DNA of 56,834 bases from an uncultured virus (IMG/VR IMGVR_UViG_3300042471_001823) (IMGVR_UViG_3300042471_001823); one strand, 5' to 3'. Counted from the first letter of the stretch, positions 29,604-39,275 are shown. The notes: generated by a model from the letters alone, not told the origin. Numbers and translations: made by a program.

Positions 29604-30157
29604 ATTTCGCCGCCCAATGCATTCAGGGTTTAGTCCCCTATGAAGCGATTGATGATTTTATCGATCAATGGCATGAGTCCGATTCGCCATTGCCATTGAT
29701 CGAGTTTTTGGGGTTAACCGAGGCAGAATACAAAGCTTATGTTTTTGGGTATAAGTTTTGTTGGTGTCAGGCATTACCAACAAAAGAATCTATGCAACTT
29801 TATAGAATCGAAAGAGCCTCAGATTGCGTTATAGCGATTTTCTCTATGACGTATATCAACCCCATTTCTTGCTTGCCCACTATAGAAAAAGATTTGGGTG
29901 TGTTGGATTTTGACGGAAAAATTATTTTTGATTTATTACTTTCTAATGGCAATAACTCAAATCGTTTTGCTGAAGCAAATGTAAATAAGGGAAAGATTGA
30001 CCGAAAATCAATGAAGGTGATTGAATATTCCGAATTAGAAGCGGCTTTTATTGAAAAGATTAGAGGGTTTTACAAATCTCATCAATCAATGTTAGAGAAC
30101 AGTAATATTTTATTAGATGAAGAAAAGCTTGATCTGATGTATAACCAATTACCGTAA
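29600..30157 (+). CDS. RnlB/LsoB-family antitoxin-like domain (from internal ATG 29792) with small acidic N-terminal domain
   Basis: NPISCLPTIEKDL...GKIIFDLLLSNGNNSNRF matches my recollection of the RnlB signature (NPLS..EIE..L...GEILFDLL..NG...NRF). Confidence 0.7.
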   Translation: MNFAAQCIQGLVPYEAIDDFIDQWHESDSPLPLIEFLGLTEAEYKAYVFGYKFCWCQALPTKESMQLYRIERASDCVIAIFSMTYINPISCLPTIEKDLGVLDFDGKIIFDLLLSNGNNSNRFAEANVNKGKIDRKSMKVIEYSELEAAFIEKIRGFYKSHQSMLENSNILLDEEKLDLMYNQLP

Positions 30158-30177
30158 AACAAAATCTATTTAATTTT

Positions 30178-31308
30178 ATGCTTTTCACTTCATTATTTTC
30201 TGGCTGTGGCGGGTTTGATTTAGGAGCAAGAGCGGCGGGTTTAGAACACTGCCAAGCCATTGAGTACGATCCGCAAATTGCTGAATTATTTAAGGCAAAT
30301 ATTGGTGATTGCTTTGTTGAAGATATTTTAACCGTAGACCCGTTAAAGTTTCACAAACCCGATTGGCTTCACGCATCTCCGGTCTGTAAAGCATTTAGCA
30401 TGGCTAACAGCAAAAAAGGTGAAGCACAATTTGATTTAGATTGCGCTAAAAAAGTTGCTGAATTTATCGATGTGCTACAGCCTGAGTATTTTAGCCTAGA
30501 GAATGTACAAGCGTATGCCAAGTCTGATAGTTTTCATATTATTGTGCAAACGCTTTACAGGTTAAATTATTGGGTTGATTATCAGGTTTTAAATGCTGCT
30601 GATTTTGGAGTCCCTCAGTCACGACGGCGCTTAATTTTATTGGCTAGACGTACCACTTTATTAGCTAGTAATCACGGGTTTATCCCACCATTACCACCCA
30701 AAGAAAAGCATATTGGTTGGTATGAGGCGATTAAAGACTTGGTGCATGATTTGCCTGATAGCAAGTTGGCTGATTGGCAGATTAAAGCATTGCCTAGAGA
30801 GATTAGGGATCATTTGTTGGTTGATGGTCAAAACGCATCACCACCTATTACGATAAGGCATAAGAATGAACCGTCATTTACTTGTACAGCTAATTGCGTA
30901 GAAAAAGGAGTGCCTAAAGCCATCCTAATCGAAAACACAGGGGCACGAAGCGATCGCCCATTACAAACAAGACAAGGTGATGAGCCATGTTGGACAATCA
31001 GGGCAATGGGTCAAGACGGACATTACCATAGGGCTAATGCTTTGTTGGTACATCCGACAGAACAAAGAAGCGTTAAACCTTATAAATATGCTGATGAAAC
31101 ATGCCCTAATCATGGCGGTGAAAACATTAAAGCCCTGCTAGAAAATGCCAAAATCAAAGCCTTAGACATCGCATGTTTAGCGCGGTTGCAGTCATTCCCA
31201 GATGATTACAAATGGTCTGGCAAAAAGTCAGTAGATGGCAAAGCGATTGGTAACTCAGTACCGCCATTGATGGCTCAAAAGATTGTAGGAGCGGTGGTAA
31301 AGCCTTAA
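30178..31308 (+). CDS. DNA (cytosine-5)-methyltransferase, orphan
   Basis: Motifs FSGCGG, SPVC, ENV, QSRRR, RLQSFP, IGNSVPP. Confidence 0.93.
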   Translation: MLFTSLFSGCGGFDLGARAAGLEHCQAIEYDPQIAELFKANIGDCFVEDILTVDPLKFHKPDWLHASPVCKAFSMANSKKGEAQFDLDCAKKVAEFIDVLQPEYFSLENVQAYAKSDSFHIIVQTLYRLNYWVDYQVLNAADFGVPQSRRRLILLARRTTLLASNHGFIPPLPPKEKHIGWYEAIKDLVHDLPDSKLADWQIKALPREIRDHLLVDGQNASPPITIRHKNEPSFTCTANCVEKGVPKAILIENTGARSDRPLQTRQGDEPCWTIRAMGQDGHYHRANALLVHPTEQRSVKPYKYADETCPNHGGENIKALLENAKIKALDIACLARLQSFPDDYKWSGKKSVDGKAIGNSVPPLMAQKIVGAVVKP

Positions 31309-31439
31309 AATCATCAATACTTTAAACCAATCGGGTGATAACAAACACTTATCACCCGATTGGTTTTGTATAACAAATACTGTGTTGACATTAATTATGC
31401 GATCACGTATATTTTGATTATTGAGTTCAAGATAAATCA

Positions 31440-31700
31440 ATGAAAGCGACCGTTTTAACTTCTACCATGCAGTACACCAAGCAAGTAATAAACAAGATTG
31501 CATATTACCAACTCCATGTTATGGAGTTTGCAGGGATGTTTCCAAACCCATTTGGAGAGGGTTTAGCGCCAAAGATGGGAAGATCAATTGACATCGGAGA
31601 GCCAACGACTGATCGCAAAAAGCTTAGCGATTATATCAAGAAGTGTCGAAAGTTGGGAGCAATAATAGAATTGGAAGGAGATCACATGAAATATTTCTAA
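31440..31700 (+). CDS. Hypothetical protein in promoter-ORF-terminator cassette
   Basis: TTGACA-17-TATATT at 31385; hairpins on both sides. Confidence 0.65.
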   Translation: MKATVLTSTMQYTKQVINKIAYYQLHVMEFAGMFPNPFGEGLAPKMGRSIDIGEPTTDRKKLSDYIKKCRKLGAIIELEGDHMKYF

Positions 31701-31715
31701 AACAATTTACACACC

Positions 31716-31757
31716 ACAAAAAAAGACCAGTGAATCAAATCACTGGTCTTTTTTTGT
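31716..31757. terminator. Bidirectional terminator
   Basis: aaaaaaagaccagtga-loop-tcactggtcttttttt. Confidence 0.8.
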
Positions 31758-32995
31758 TACATCTTTTTCACTTTCTCTAGTACACTCAGCGTATAGTCCC
31801 TGATTGACGGATAAGGGTTACCATTGTAGTGCTGTGGCGTAGGGTCATCAAACCAGTCCCTTTGTCCACTGTACCACTGAGAGGCAACCCGCCTGATTGC
31901 TTCATCAGGTGTTTTGGATTCCTTCAAAGCGGCTTCATAGTATTGAGTCAGCTTGCAGTCAATCACCGCTAATTGCAGTTTAGGACTTGCTTTAAAATCA
32001 GCCTCAGAGATAGTCTTACCTAAACACTCCTTAGTCCAAGGTGTGATATTCTCCGGCATGACTTGACCATAGCCTACCGCAAAACTATCAGTATTGACCG
32101 CTTTATGATTTCCTTGAGACTCTTGACTGATGATCGCCTTTCTGAGTTTGACCACTGGGGAATCATCACTGGTTGGCAATGCACCATTAAGCACAGCTTG
32201 GATTAACTTAGGGTGGGGCGCAACGGGTTGATTATCTTTCCTTAGCTCGAAATGCAGATGCTCACCAGTGCCCCTACCACTACTACCAGTCTCAGCAAAA
32301 CTTTCACCAATTTTCATCTTACCGTTACGACAATCATTAAGGTGAAATAATGCGATAGTGTAAGGCTTGAAATCGATGTAAGCGGCTAACCCTTCATGAT
32401 CGCCTTTGCGACACTCAACGGTTAATCCATTAGCAAAACCATAAAGTTTAGTGCCCGTAGGAGTACCAAGGTCAATGCCATTGTGGTGTTTTACCTCTTT
32501 GGTCACAGGATGAATCCGATTGCCAAAATCTGAGGTCACAGGGTAACCAGCGATCGCCTTTGGAGTAACTGTTGGTAATTCTTGATATTCCGTTACCACA
32601 GCAGCTAAATCGCGCCTTACAACTTGCCTATTGCTCATGAATAGGCTCATGCCCTCCATGTTTTCCTTAGTCGGATCGTAAGCGGGTGCTGGTACTGTTG
32701 GCAATCCTAAAATACGCCATGCAATCCTGAAAGTATTAGTAATCAACGGGACATTTGCTGATACTAAAAAAAATATAGTGACAGCAATCAGCTTTTTGTC
32801 TAAGGTGTTTAATGGGTTAGATAGTGGAGTTTTTCTCTTTACTTCCCTGTCCCTGAGAGCTAGATCCCTGTCTTTCAGGGCTACTTCCTTGTCTTTGAGG
32901 GTTAGATCCCTTTCCAGTAGAGCTAGTTCTACTTCCGCTTTCCGTACCTGCATCGCCGCTAATGCGCTGTTGTTCTGAGATAAGTCTGATGTCAT
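31757..32995 (-). CDS. Membrane-anchored peptidoglycan hydrolase: M23 peptidase plus lysozyme/transglycosylase-like domain
   Basis: Coiled coil, TM (LIAVTIFFLVSA), VTSDFGNRIHP..HNGID, TGEHLHFE, then AIISQESQGN...GYGQVMP. Confidence 0.85.
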   Translation of the reverse strand: MTSDLSQNNSALAAMQVRKAEVELALLERDLTLKDKEVALKDRDLALRDREVKRKTPLSNPLNTLDKKLIAVTIFFLVSANVPLITNTFRIAWRILGLPTVPAPAYDPTKENMEGMSLFMSNRQVVRRDLAAVVTEYQELPTVTPKAIAGYPVTSDFGNRIHPVTKEVKHHNGIDLGTPTGTKLYGFANGLTVECRKGDHEGLAAYIDFKPYTIALFHLNDCRNGKMKIGESFAETGSSGRGTGEHLHFELRKDNQPVAPHPKLIQAVLNGALPTSDDSPVVKLRKAIISQESQGNHKAVNTDSFAVGYGQVMPENITPWTKECLGKTISEADFKASPKLQLAVIDCKLTQYYEAALKESKTPDEAIRRVASQWYSGQRDWFDDPTPQHYNGNPYPSIRDYTLSVLEKVKKM

Positions 32996-33356
32996 TGTTG
33001 ATGTTAACCTCTAATTCCACACCGTCTTTAGCCGTTTTAAATACCAATGTGCCGTCAACTTTTCTGCAAAATGGCTGCCCTAAAAGAATCGCCCTCTCAT
33101 CTTTGTCAGCTTGCTGAATTTTGCTAATATCGGTTAGCTTAACCGCTGTGGTTTGTACCCCTACCTCAGCACACCCTTTGGTGTTGCCTGACATTAGCTG
33201 TACCATGCTGGGAGCTTTGAAAAATAATGTCGCAAATGGATCGGTATTGATTTCGGGTACAAAATAATTACCGTCTACTGATACCATCTTAGAAGCAAAT
33301 CCCATAAATGACAATACAGTAATTCCAATTAAAGCTGTTGTTTTTTTGCTTTTCAT
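32817..33356 (-). CDS. Secreted/membrane hypothetical protein
   Basis: MKSKKTTALIGITVLSFMGFA signal/TM; 3' end overlaps next gene. Confidence 0.6.
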   Translation of the reverse strand: MKSKKTTALIGITVLSFMGFASKMVSVDGNYFVPEINTDPFATLFFKAPSMVQLMSGNTKGCAEVGVQTTAVKLTDISKIQQADKDERAILLGQPFCRKVDGTLVFKTAKDGVELEVNINNDIRLISEQQRISGDAGTESGSRTSSTGKGSNPQRQGSSPERQGSSSQGQGSKEKNSTI

Positions 33357-33455
33357 TTTGTGTTGACCTTGTTTGTTTTATAGTAATAGTTCCAATGGTA
33401 ATAACTTGCTCTACAGCAATGGCTTTGAGGGCAATAACTCTCAGCACCATAAAAA

Positions 33456-33674
33456 TTATTTACTTGTCTTACTGCACACATGCTCTATAGCAATCAACTG
33501 ATCCTCATAGGCTTTATATTGAATCCGTACAAGCCTAGGTAATCGCCATAGGTTTAGTTGGCAGTTTTCAACCGCTTTGAGGTAACTAGGAGTTCTGCGG
33601 ACAGCGGTTTGACTTTCTTTTGAAAATAGCACTAGGGTTAACCCTAGTGCTATTAATGCACATCTTAATTTCAT
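33456..33674 (-). CDS. Small signal-peptide protein
   Basis: MKLRCALIALGLTLVLFS. Confidence 0.55.
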   Translation of the reverse strand: MKLRCALIALGLTLVLFSKESQTAVRRTPSYLKAVENCQLNLWRLPRLVRIQYKAYEDQLIAIEHVCSKTSK

Positions 33675-33695
33675 TTAGCTGATCAATTGTTTTGT

Positions 33696-34140
33696 TTAGC
33701 GGCTTTCAACGGTGGCTGCTTTTTTGCGAATTTGAGCAGCGTAGGCTTCATGCATTTTTGCGGATTCAGTGGTTTCAGCTAATGTGTCACGGCTTGTATT
33801 AGCCATAGCAGACACAGCGGGTTTCACAAAAAAACCAACATTAGCCCCAAGGTTAGCAGGATTCCAGTTAGTCCCAGTAACTTGGGGTCTACCATCTGCA
33901 ATTAAGTAGACCAAAAAAGTTAGCACCGCAGTACCACCAAACAAGAAAATAAATAGCTTGCCTACCGTCCCAAAGGTGTCATGCTTAACCCAGTTCAAAA
34001 TCAAACCAATTAATTCTCTTAGTTCTGCTTTTTGGGGATTTAGTACCACCAAAGCATTGCCCGTTTCGGGGTCAATCACTCGGTCAATATTGCCATCACC
34101 GCGATCATTGACTCCTATAGTGCGTCTTACATCTGCCATT
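33696..34140 (-). CDS. Membrane protein
   Basis: ATG (MADVRR) with GAGG RBS; TM LFIFLFGGTAVLTFLVYLIA. Confidence 0.65.
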
Positions 34141-34355
34141 GTTAACCTCACTCTTTTTTGTTTGAACCTTGCTGATAATAATTTTATCAACAATTTTATT
34201 TGATAGCAACCTTACTGGCAATAATTTTGTTTAGCAATAATTTTACCAATAACAATTTTATCAACATTCTTACCAGTAACGACGGTCTTTTGTACCGCCA
34301 CGCCTTACAAGGGTAAGGACGGCTCCTTTTGTTTATAGTCTGTGGAGTCAAGACT

Positions 34356-35687
34356 TTAGGCTAAATCTTTAATCAAATCAGCCATGATTGAAAGCATAGA
34401 ATCTTCTGGAAGTTCTGCTCTTTGGATAGGCAAAATACCTTTAGGCGGTACACCTATTTTTTCAAATTTGTTTGACCATCCATGAGTAGGATGCACTGCG
34501 ATTGATGCAGGTAAAGTACCACCAACAAAACAAGGGTATGCAATATGATCATTCCTGATTTTTAAATTATCTAGTTCAGGTTTTGCATAGCCACATAATT
34601 TAATCATGCCAAAACTGTTTCTTTCAGCGGCTGACATTTCAAATTCGCTACAGTTGACGTTGTGGGTAATAACAATAACAGTCATTCCGAACTTACGCCC
34701 CTCGATCAGTAGACTGCGAATTAGCATTTGAACTGGAGTAGGATCAATTTTGTTCTTTTTCAGGTTTAAAAGGAGTGAGGTAAACTCATCAATTAAAACA
34801 ATAATGTTTTCACCCACTGGCAATCCTTTTTTAAATAGCTTTTTACGGCTATCTAATTCTTTATCTAAAGCGTCTACCAATTGCATGATCATGTCAAAGT
34901 CAGACACAACTTCACTCATGTCAATCCCGCCAAATTTCCATGATTGACTGCCATGATGATCTAAAACAAAAATTACAGACGGTTCTTTTTTGGTAAGCCA
35001 ACCTAATAACCAAGTTGCCACACAGCTTTTCCCAGCGCCACTGTTTCCAGTGATCATAAACCCTTGGGTTTGACCATACACCTCATCCCAGTCAAACACA
35101 GGGGCTTTAGGCATTGTTAACTTAAGCCTTTTTGTGGCAACCGCCAAATCCCAGCTAGTGTCACTAGCTTTAGGAACCTGAGTATTAAGTCTTAATGGCA
35201 CTGGCTTTGGTTCGTTAACTGCGTCATCACTTAAACTATCAGTCACGTCATCAACCAATCTATCGGTTAAGTTGTCAGTCACATCATCGCTTAAGCCATC
35301 ATCATCGGACGATTTCGACAGATCCAACTCATCAGACCCATGCTCATCGTCAACGATATTATTTACTGCCGTCTTAGGCATAGCGATCGGCTGTGGCTGA
35401 TGACGCTGTGGCTTATTTGATTTGCCATCTTTTTCACCCCAATTCACGCCATTCAAGGCGGCGAATACACACCCCGCACCTACCAACCCATTAACCAATG
35501 CTAATGGTACGTTGGCTTGTGATGGCGTATAAAACGCAATTTTTTCACCAGTTGCGCCGGCATTATAGGCAGCTAAAACAATGTCTCTAGATGCCCCTGG
35601 AGTAACGGGAATAGCAGACACTATAGCGTTAGCCGCTAGTGCGATGCCTGCTACCCCTAGCAGTCCTTTTTCAAATAAGTTGTCCAT
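34356..35687 (-). CDS. Membrane-anchored FtsK/HerA-superfamily P-loop ATPase (coupling protein/TraB-like)
   Basis: Two N-terminal hydrophobic segments, acidic linker, GNSGAGKS, IVLIDEF, EGRKFGMTVIVITH. Confidence 0.8.
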   Translation of the reverse strand: MDNLFEKGLLGVAGIALAANAIVSAIPVTPGASRDIVLAAYNAGATGEKIAFYTPSQANVPLALVNGLVGAGCVFAALNGVNWGEKDGKSNKPQRHQPQPIAMPKTAVNNIVDDEHGSDELDLSKSSDDDGLSDDVTDNLTDRLVDDVTDSLSDDAVNEPKPVPLRLNTQVPKASDTSWDLAVATKRLKLTMPKAPVFDWDEVYGQTQGFMITGNSGAGKSCVATWLLGWLTKKEPSVIFVLDHHGSQSWKFGGIDMSEVVSDFDMIMQLVDALDKELDSRKKLFKKGLPVGENIIVLIDEFTSLLLNLKKNKIDPTPVQMLIRSLLIEGRKFGMTVIVITHNVNCSEFEMSAAERNSFGMIKLCGYAKPELDNLKIRNDHIAYPCFVGGTLPASIAVHPTHGWSNKFEKIGVPPKGILPIQRAELPEDSMLSIMADLIKDLA

Positions 35688-35696
35688 CAGCTTGTT

Positions 35697-36296
35697 TTAC
35701 TTCCCTTTCTTGGTTTCAGCCTTAGCCAGTTGCTCGGCAGCAACTTCTGTAGCTGAATTGTGGCGGTTTGCAGTGACTTGACGGTATTCAGAAAGTACTA
35801 ATCCTAATACTGCGGGTTTTGGTGAAATCGGAGTGATATTCCCCTGATAAGCCATGTGAATACCTTGCACTTGCATGGTTAGGGATGCAATTTCTCTAGG
35901 GTTTTTGGCACGTAAAGCGGCTTCAGCCCTTGGAATAATCGCCTTAAGCATATCGTCATAAACACAGGTGCGATTTTGCCGAAAACACTTAGATTCTTTG
36001 TTTTCAGTGATTTCTTTTTGGGCAAAGACTGCTACCTGAAATGCATAATTACTGACTGCAACATTGTTGGCATCTTGCAAAGCCGTAAGCATTGCGTTGT
36101 CAATTTCACTGGTTGGAATCTTTTGCCCATTAAGCACAGCGGTTCCATAAGCTGAGAGCGTGGGATTTTCAGGCGGGTTGATTGTGTGCTCTTTTGGGGC
36201 ATTGCTCATTAACGCCCCAATGCCAACAGCGGATACAGTAACCAACCCTACCAACCCAGCACCTAACAGCCCTAGCTTGTTAAGGTTGGTTGGCAT
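35697..36296 (-). CDS. Single-pass membrane protein
   Basis: ATG at 36296 (MPTNLNKLGLLGAGLVGLVTVSAVGIGAL) just after upstream stop; GGAG RBS. Confidence 0.65.
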   Translation of the reverse strand: MPTNLNKLGLLGAGLVGLVTVSAVGIGALMSNAPKEHTINPPENPTLSAYGTAVLNGQKIPTSEIDNAMLTALQDANNVAVSNYAFQVAVFAQKEITENKESKCFRQNRTCVYDDMLKAIIPRAEAALRAKNPREIASLTMQVQGIHMAYQGNITPISPKPAVLGLVLSEYRQVTANRHNSATEVAAEQLAKAETKKGK

Positions 36297-36298
36297 AA

Positions 36299-36661
36299 TT
36301 ACTCTTGCTCTTGGCTTGCTGACAGGGACAATAGCGCCGCTAGATCGGGGATCTCGACCTCGAACCCCGCGCTTTGGCGAAAATTTGCAAGGGATTCCCC
36401 CACGTTTGACCATACTTGGTTAGCGCCAGCGGCAATTTCTAGGGTGGTGTTCATACTAACAAGCTGGTTGAACATCGCAGCGTTTTGCTTGGCAATAACC
36501 GATGCTTGGCTTTGCATTTGTTCGATTGCTTGCAGTTGTGCCGCTTGTGCCTGTGATGCGACGGTGGCAAGCTGGCTGCCTGCGTCTACGGTTTGTTGCT
36601 TAGGCTTGTTGGACTTGGGATTGGTATTGTCCAAATCTTCTAACTTAATTTTGTCAGCCAT
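36299..36661 (-). CDS. Gln/Ala-rich helical protein
   Basis: ORF with GAGG RBS. Confidence 0.65.
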   Translation of the reverse strand: MADKIKLEDLDNTNPKSNKPKQQTVDAGSQLATVASQAQAAQLQAIEQMQSQASVIAKQNAAMFNQLVSMNTTLEIAAGANQVWSNVGESLANFRQSAGFEVEIPDLAALLSLSASQEQE

Positions 36662-36724
36662 GATGTTGCCTCATTAATGATTTTTTTGTGTTTGACGATA
36701 GCTAATAGCAGTTGTGTTTGACGA

Positions 36725-37057
36725 TTAAGAAGCAATTGCTTCAACAATTTCGCAGGGGATTCCTTTCTTTTCCAGTACTAATTCCACAAATACAGGGGGA
36801 TAAAACGGCAATCTACCAACCTTAACTGGTTCGTACCGTTTTTTCTGCTCGGTGGTGAAATTACCAGATCTAATCGCCTCTCTTGTTTCGGCAACTAAGT
36901 CTCTTACATAAGAGTCGCTAAAGCCTCGAATCTTTTTAAAAGCGTCTCTTGGATTTGTGTGAAACTTTTGCAGTGCCTCTCCAAAATAATAACCTCGAAT
37001 TGCTTCAGCAATCATTGGGACGGTCATAGACTCCCTGATCTTTACTTTTTTGTCCAT
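36725..37057 (-). CDS. Basic hypothetical protein, possible operon regulator
   Basis: First gene after promoter and hairpin; GAGG RBS. Confidence 0.6.
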   Translation of the reverse strand: MDKKVKIRESMTVPMIAEAIRGYYFGEALQKFHTNPRDAFKKIRGFSDSYVRDLVAETREAIRSGNFTTEQKKRYEPVKVGRLPFYPPVFVELVLEKKGIPCEIVEAIAS

Positions 37058-37080
37058 ACAGCCTCATTCTGTTAACCTTC

Positions 37081-37169
37081 AAGCGCTTCTGTGGCGCTTC
37101 ACTTTTTTTTGAAGCGCCACAGAAGCGCTTCACTGTTACAACAATATAGCTAAACTATTTATCTGTCAA
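37081..37169 (-). promoter_or_regulatory. Sigma70 promoter followed by perfect 21-bp inverted repeat
   Basis: TTGACA-17-TATTGT (37169-37141); aagcgcttctgtggcgcttca-N8-tgaagcgccacagaagcgctt (37081-37130). Confidence 0.75.
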
Positions 37170-37270
37170 GCTTTTTCTTATAGGTCAATACAAAAGATAT
37201 AATCAATTGATATATCGTTTATTTTTCTTGTATTGAACGTTCTTTTAATGATTAATTCTCACGGGTCACC

Positions 37271-37843
37271 ATGCACACTAATTCCCCATTAATAATTCAC
37301 TATTACGCATCTGACTTCAAAACGGTTAATGGCATAGTGGCAATAGGTCAGGTTTCGGCATACCATCACGGGTTATTCATGATGTTGCTATCCAAGGTCA
37401 CGAATACCTTTGAGTCGATCAACAAAGTGTATATAGCTGAGATTGCTAAAATGTTGCCAGACTTGCTGACTGGTAAAAAAGGGATTGACCTGACTAGGAT
37501 TAATGATGCTGACTTGTACCGTCTATTTGTGGGAAGTGAGAGCCTATTGATGGAATTGCACAAACCACAGCACATAGACCAGATTGAAAGAGATAGTGAA
37601 ACCGCGCCGTTTCCTGTGACTAGTGAACCGATGGCAGACATGTTGGCTAATCTAACCGCTGCTACCGAAAGTGTGAGTGATGCCCAATGGTTAATCAAAA
37701 ACTGTTCAGTAAATTTTCTGAATGCGTTTAGTTGTATATTTTCTGAGATTCACCGTGACCCACAGGAAAGGATGGACGAGTATCGCCTTAATGCCTATAA
37801 GACGCAATTCCCTGAAAATTCTATGATTGCGCTGGGGATGTAG
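37271..37843 (+). CDS. Hypothetical protein
   Basis: 190 aa ORF followed by terminator. Confidence 0.6.
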   Translation: MHTNSPLIIHYYASDFKTVNGIVAIGQVSAYHHGLFMMLLSKVTNTFESINKVYIAEIAKMLPDLLTGKKGIDLTRINDADLYRLFVGSESLLMELHKPQHIDQIERDSETAPFPVTSEPMADMLANLTAATESVSDAQWLIKNCSVNFLNAFSCIFSEIHRDPQERMDEYRLNAYKTQFPENSMIALGM

Positions 37844-37859
37844 GGTTGGGTAATTGCCA

Positions 37860-37904
37860 ACACAAAAAAGCACCTGAGTTTTAGTTCTCAGGTGCTTTTT
37901 TGTG
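37860..37904. terminator. Bidirectional terminator
   Basis: aaaaaagcacctgag-loop-ctcaggtgctttttt. Confidence 0.8.
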
Positions 37905-37914
37905 TTGGGTCTCT

Positions 37915-38181
37915 TTAGTTGATCTGTTCGTAACGACTAATATGTTGTTCGTAATGGGTCAAAGCTTTGACAAAGCCTGTAATATCAACAAGCTTGGCAG
38001 CTATAATATTTGGTGCTGGCTTTTCTCCTAATACTGCTAAGGTTAACGATTCATCTTGTATTACCAATGTTGACGCATTTTCTTTTCCTGTGTTGTCCAT
38101 CCGAACAAATTGATGTTGTGGTTCTATTTGTCCATCATCGTGCTGTAGCACCAAAAGTCTTAAATAAAATTTCTGTGCCAT
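37915..38181 (-). CDS. Hypothetical protein
   Basis: ORF with GAGG RBS. Confidence 0.6.
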   Translation of the reverse strand: MAQKFYLRLLVLQHDDGQIEPQHQFVRMDNTGKENASTLVIQDESLTLAVLGEKPAPNIIAAKLVDITGFVKALTHYEQHISRYEQIN

Positions 38182-38231
38182 AACTGCATTAACCTCATTA
38201 ACAATACCGTCAATACAATAATAACAGGTAT

Positions 38232-38444
38232 CTAAGCGGTTAGCAATCCCACATTATACTTTTGCCTTAACCTATCAGCATGAGCAATCAACTGGTCTTC
38301 TGTGGGAATAGGTGACACAATGCTTACATTGCCATACCAGTCCTCATCGCGATAATGCCAATAATACTTTCTGTAGTAGCGTTGCACCATGATGTGATTA
38401 GGTGCTTTTAGCCAACTCTTATAAAACGGGTAGATCTTAGGCAT
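38232..38444 (-). CDS. Hypothetical protein
   Basis: ATG (MPKIYPF) preferred start. Confidence 0.5.
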   Translation of the reverse strand: MPKIYPFYKSWLKAPNHIMVQRYYRKYYWHYRDEDWYGNVSIVSPIPTEDQLIAHADRLRQKYNVGLLTA

Positions 38445-38618
38445 GGTTAACTCTCTTTTGGTTGAAAATTTTATAACTGTCGGCTTCAAGGGTATTGACC
38501 TTGTGACTATCGACTTTAAGGTTATTAGCTTTAAAATTATTAACTTTTGGGGTAGTCAACAATTCTAAAATAATAATAGCCAAAAGTTCAACTTTTGGCT
38601 ATAGACAACAATTAAACT

Positions 38619-39209
38619 TTAGACTCTAGCAATCGTTACGCTTTCTGGTTGATTCTGATATTTGCCATTACGATCGGCATAAGTTACATCGCATGGCTCA
38701 CCTTCAAAAAACAGCAGTTGCACTACGCCCTCATTGGCATAAATGCGACAATCAGCACCGGATGAGTTGGAAAATTCGAGGGTGAGATTTCCAACCCACA
38801 TCGGCTCAGCAGGCGACAAATTAGCAATAATCCCAGTTCTGGCATAAGTGCTTTTACCAATACAAATCACAGTGATATTGCTTGGCACTTCCAACCGCTC
38901 TACAGCCACCCCTAAGCCGTAACTATGAGCCGGTAAAACAAAGTATTGTTCATTCGTATCATTGTCAATACATAATCTAGCACGCTCTAGATTCTCAGGG
39001 TTAAACCGCTTAGGATCAATCACCGTTCCAGGGATGTGGCGAAAGATGCGAAAGTCTTTCGGTGACAATCGAATATCATAGCCATAGGACGATAAGCCAT
39101 AGCTGATGCGCTTGCCAGCAAAGGACTCCCGAATCAAAGTTGGCACAAATGGCGAAATCATATTGTGATTTTCTGCCATATCTCGAATCCAGTTATCTGG
39201 CTTAAGCAT
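38619..39209 (-). CDS. dcd: dCTP deaminase
   Basis: ISYGLSSYGYDIRL, GKSTYARTG, LTLEFSN, IYANEG, YADRNGKYQNQ. Confidence 0.95.
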   Translation of the reverse strand: MLKPDNWIRDMAENHNMISPFVPTLIRESFAGKRISYGLSSYGYDIRLSPKDFRIFRHIPGTVIDPKRFNPENLERARLCIDNDTNEQYFVLPAHSYGLGVAVERLEVPSNITVICIGKSTYARTGIIANLSPAEPMWVGNLTLEFSNSSGADCRIYANEGVVQLLFFEGEPCDVTYADRNGKYQNQPESVTIARV

Positions 39210-39275
39210 TGGGTTAACCTCTAAAAAATAAAACTGATGATAGTGGGAATAAACCCCGTAAAGAAACAGTTAAAA

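Noticed and set aside
30178..31308. Restriction-modification system
   Set aside because: No adjacent restriction endonuclease; an orphan phage methyltransferase is the simpler reading, and its target cannot be read from sequence.
36297..36413. Extended N-terminus of the 238-aa ORF
   Set aside because: Overlaps the upstream gene; ATG at 36296 has an RBS and follows the upstream stop.
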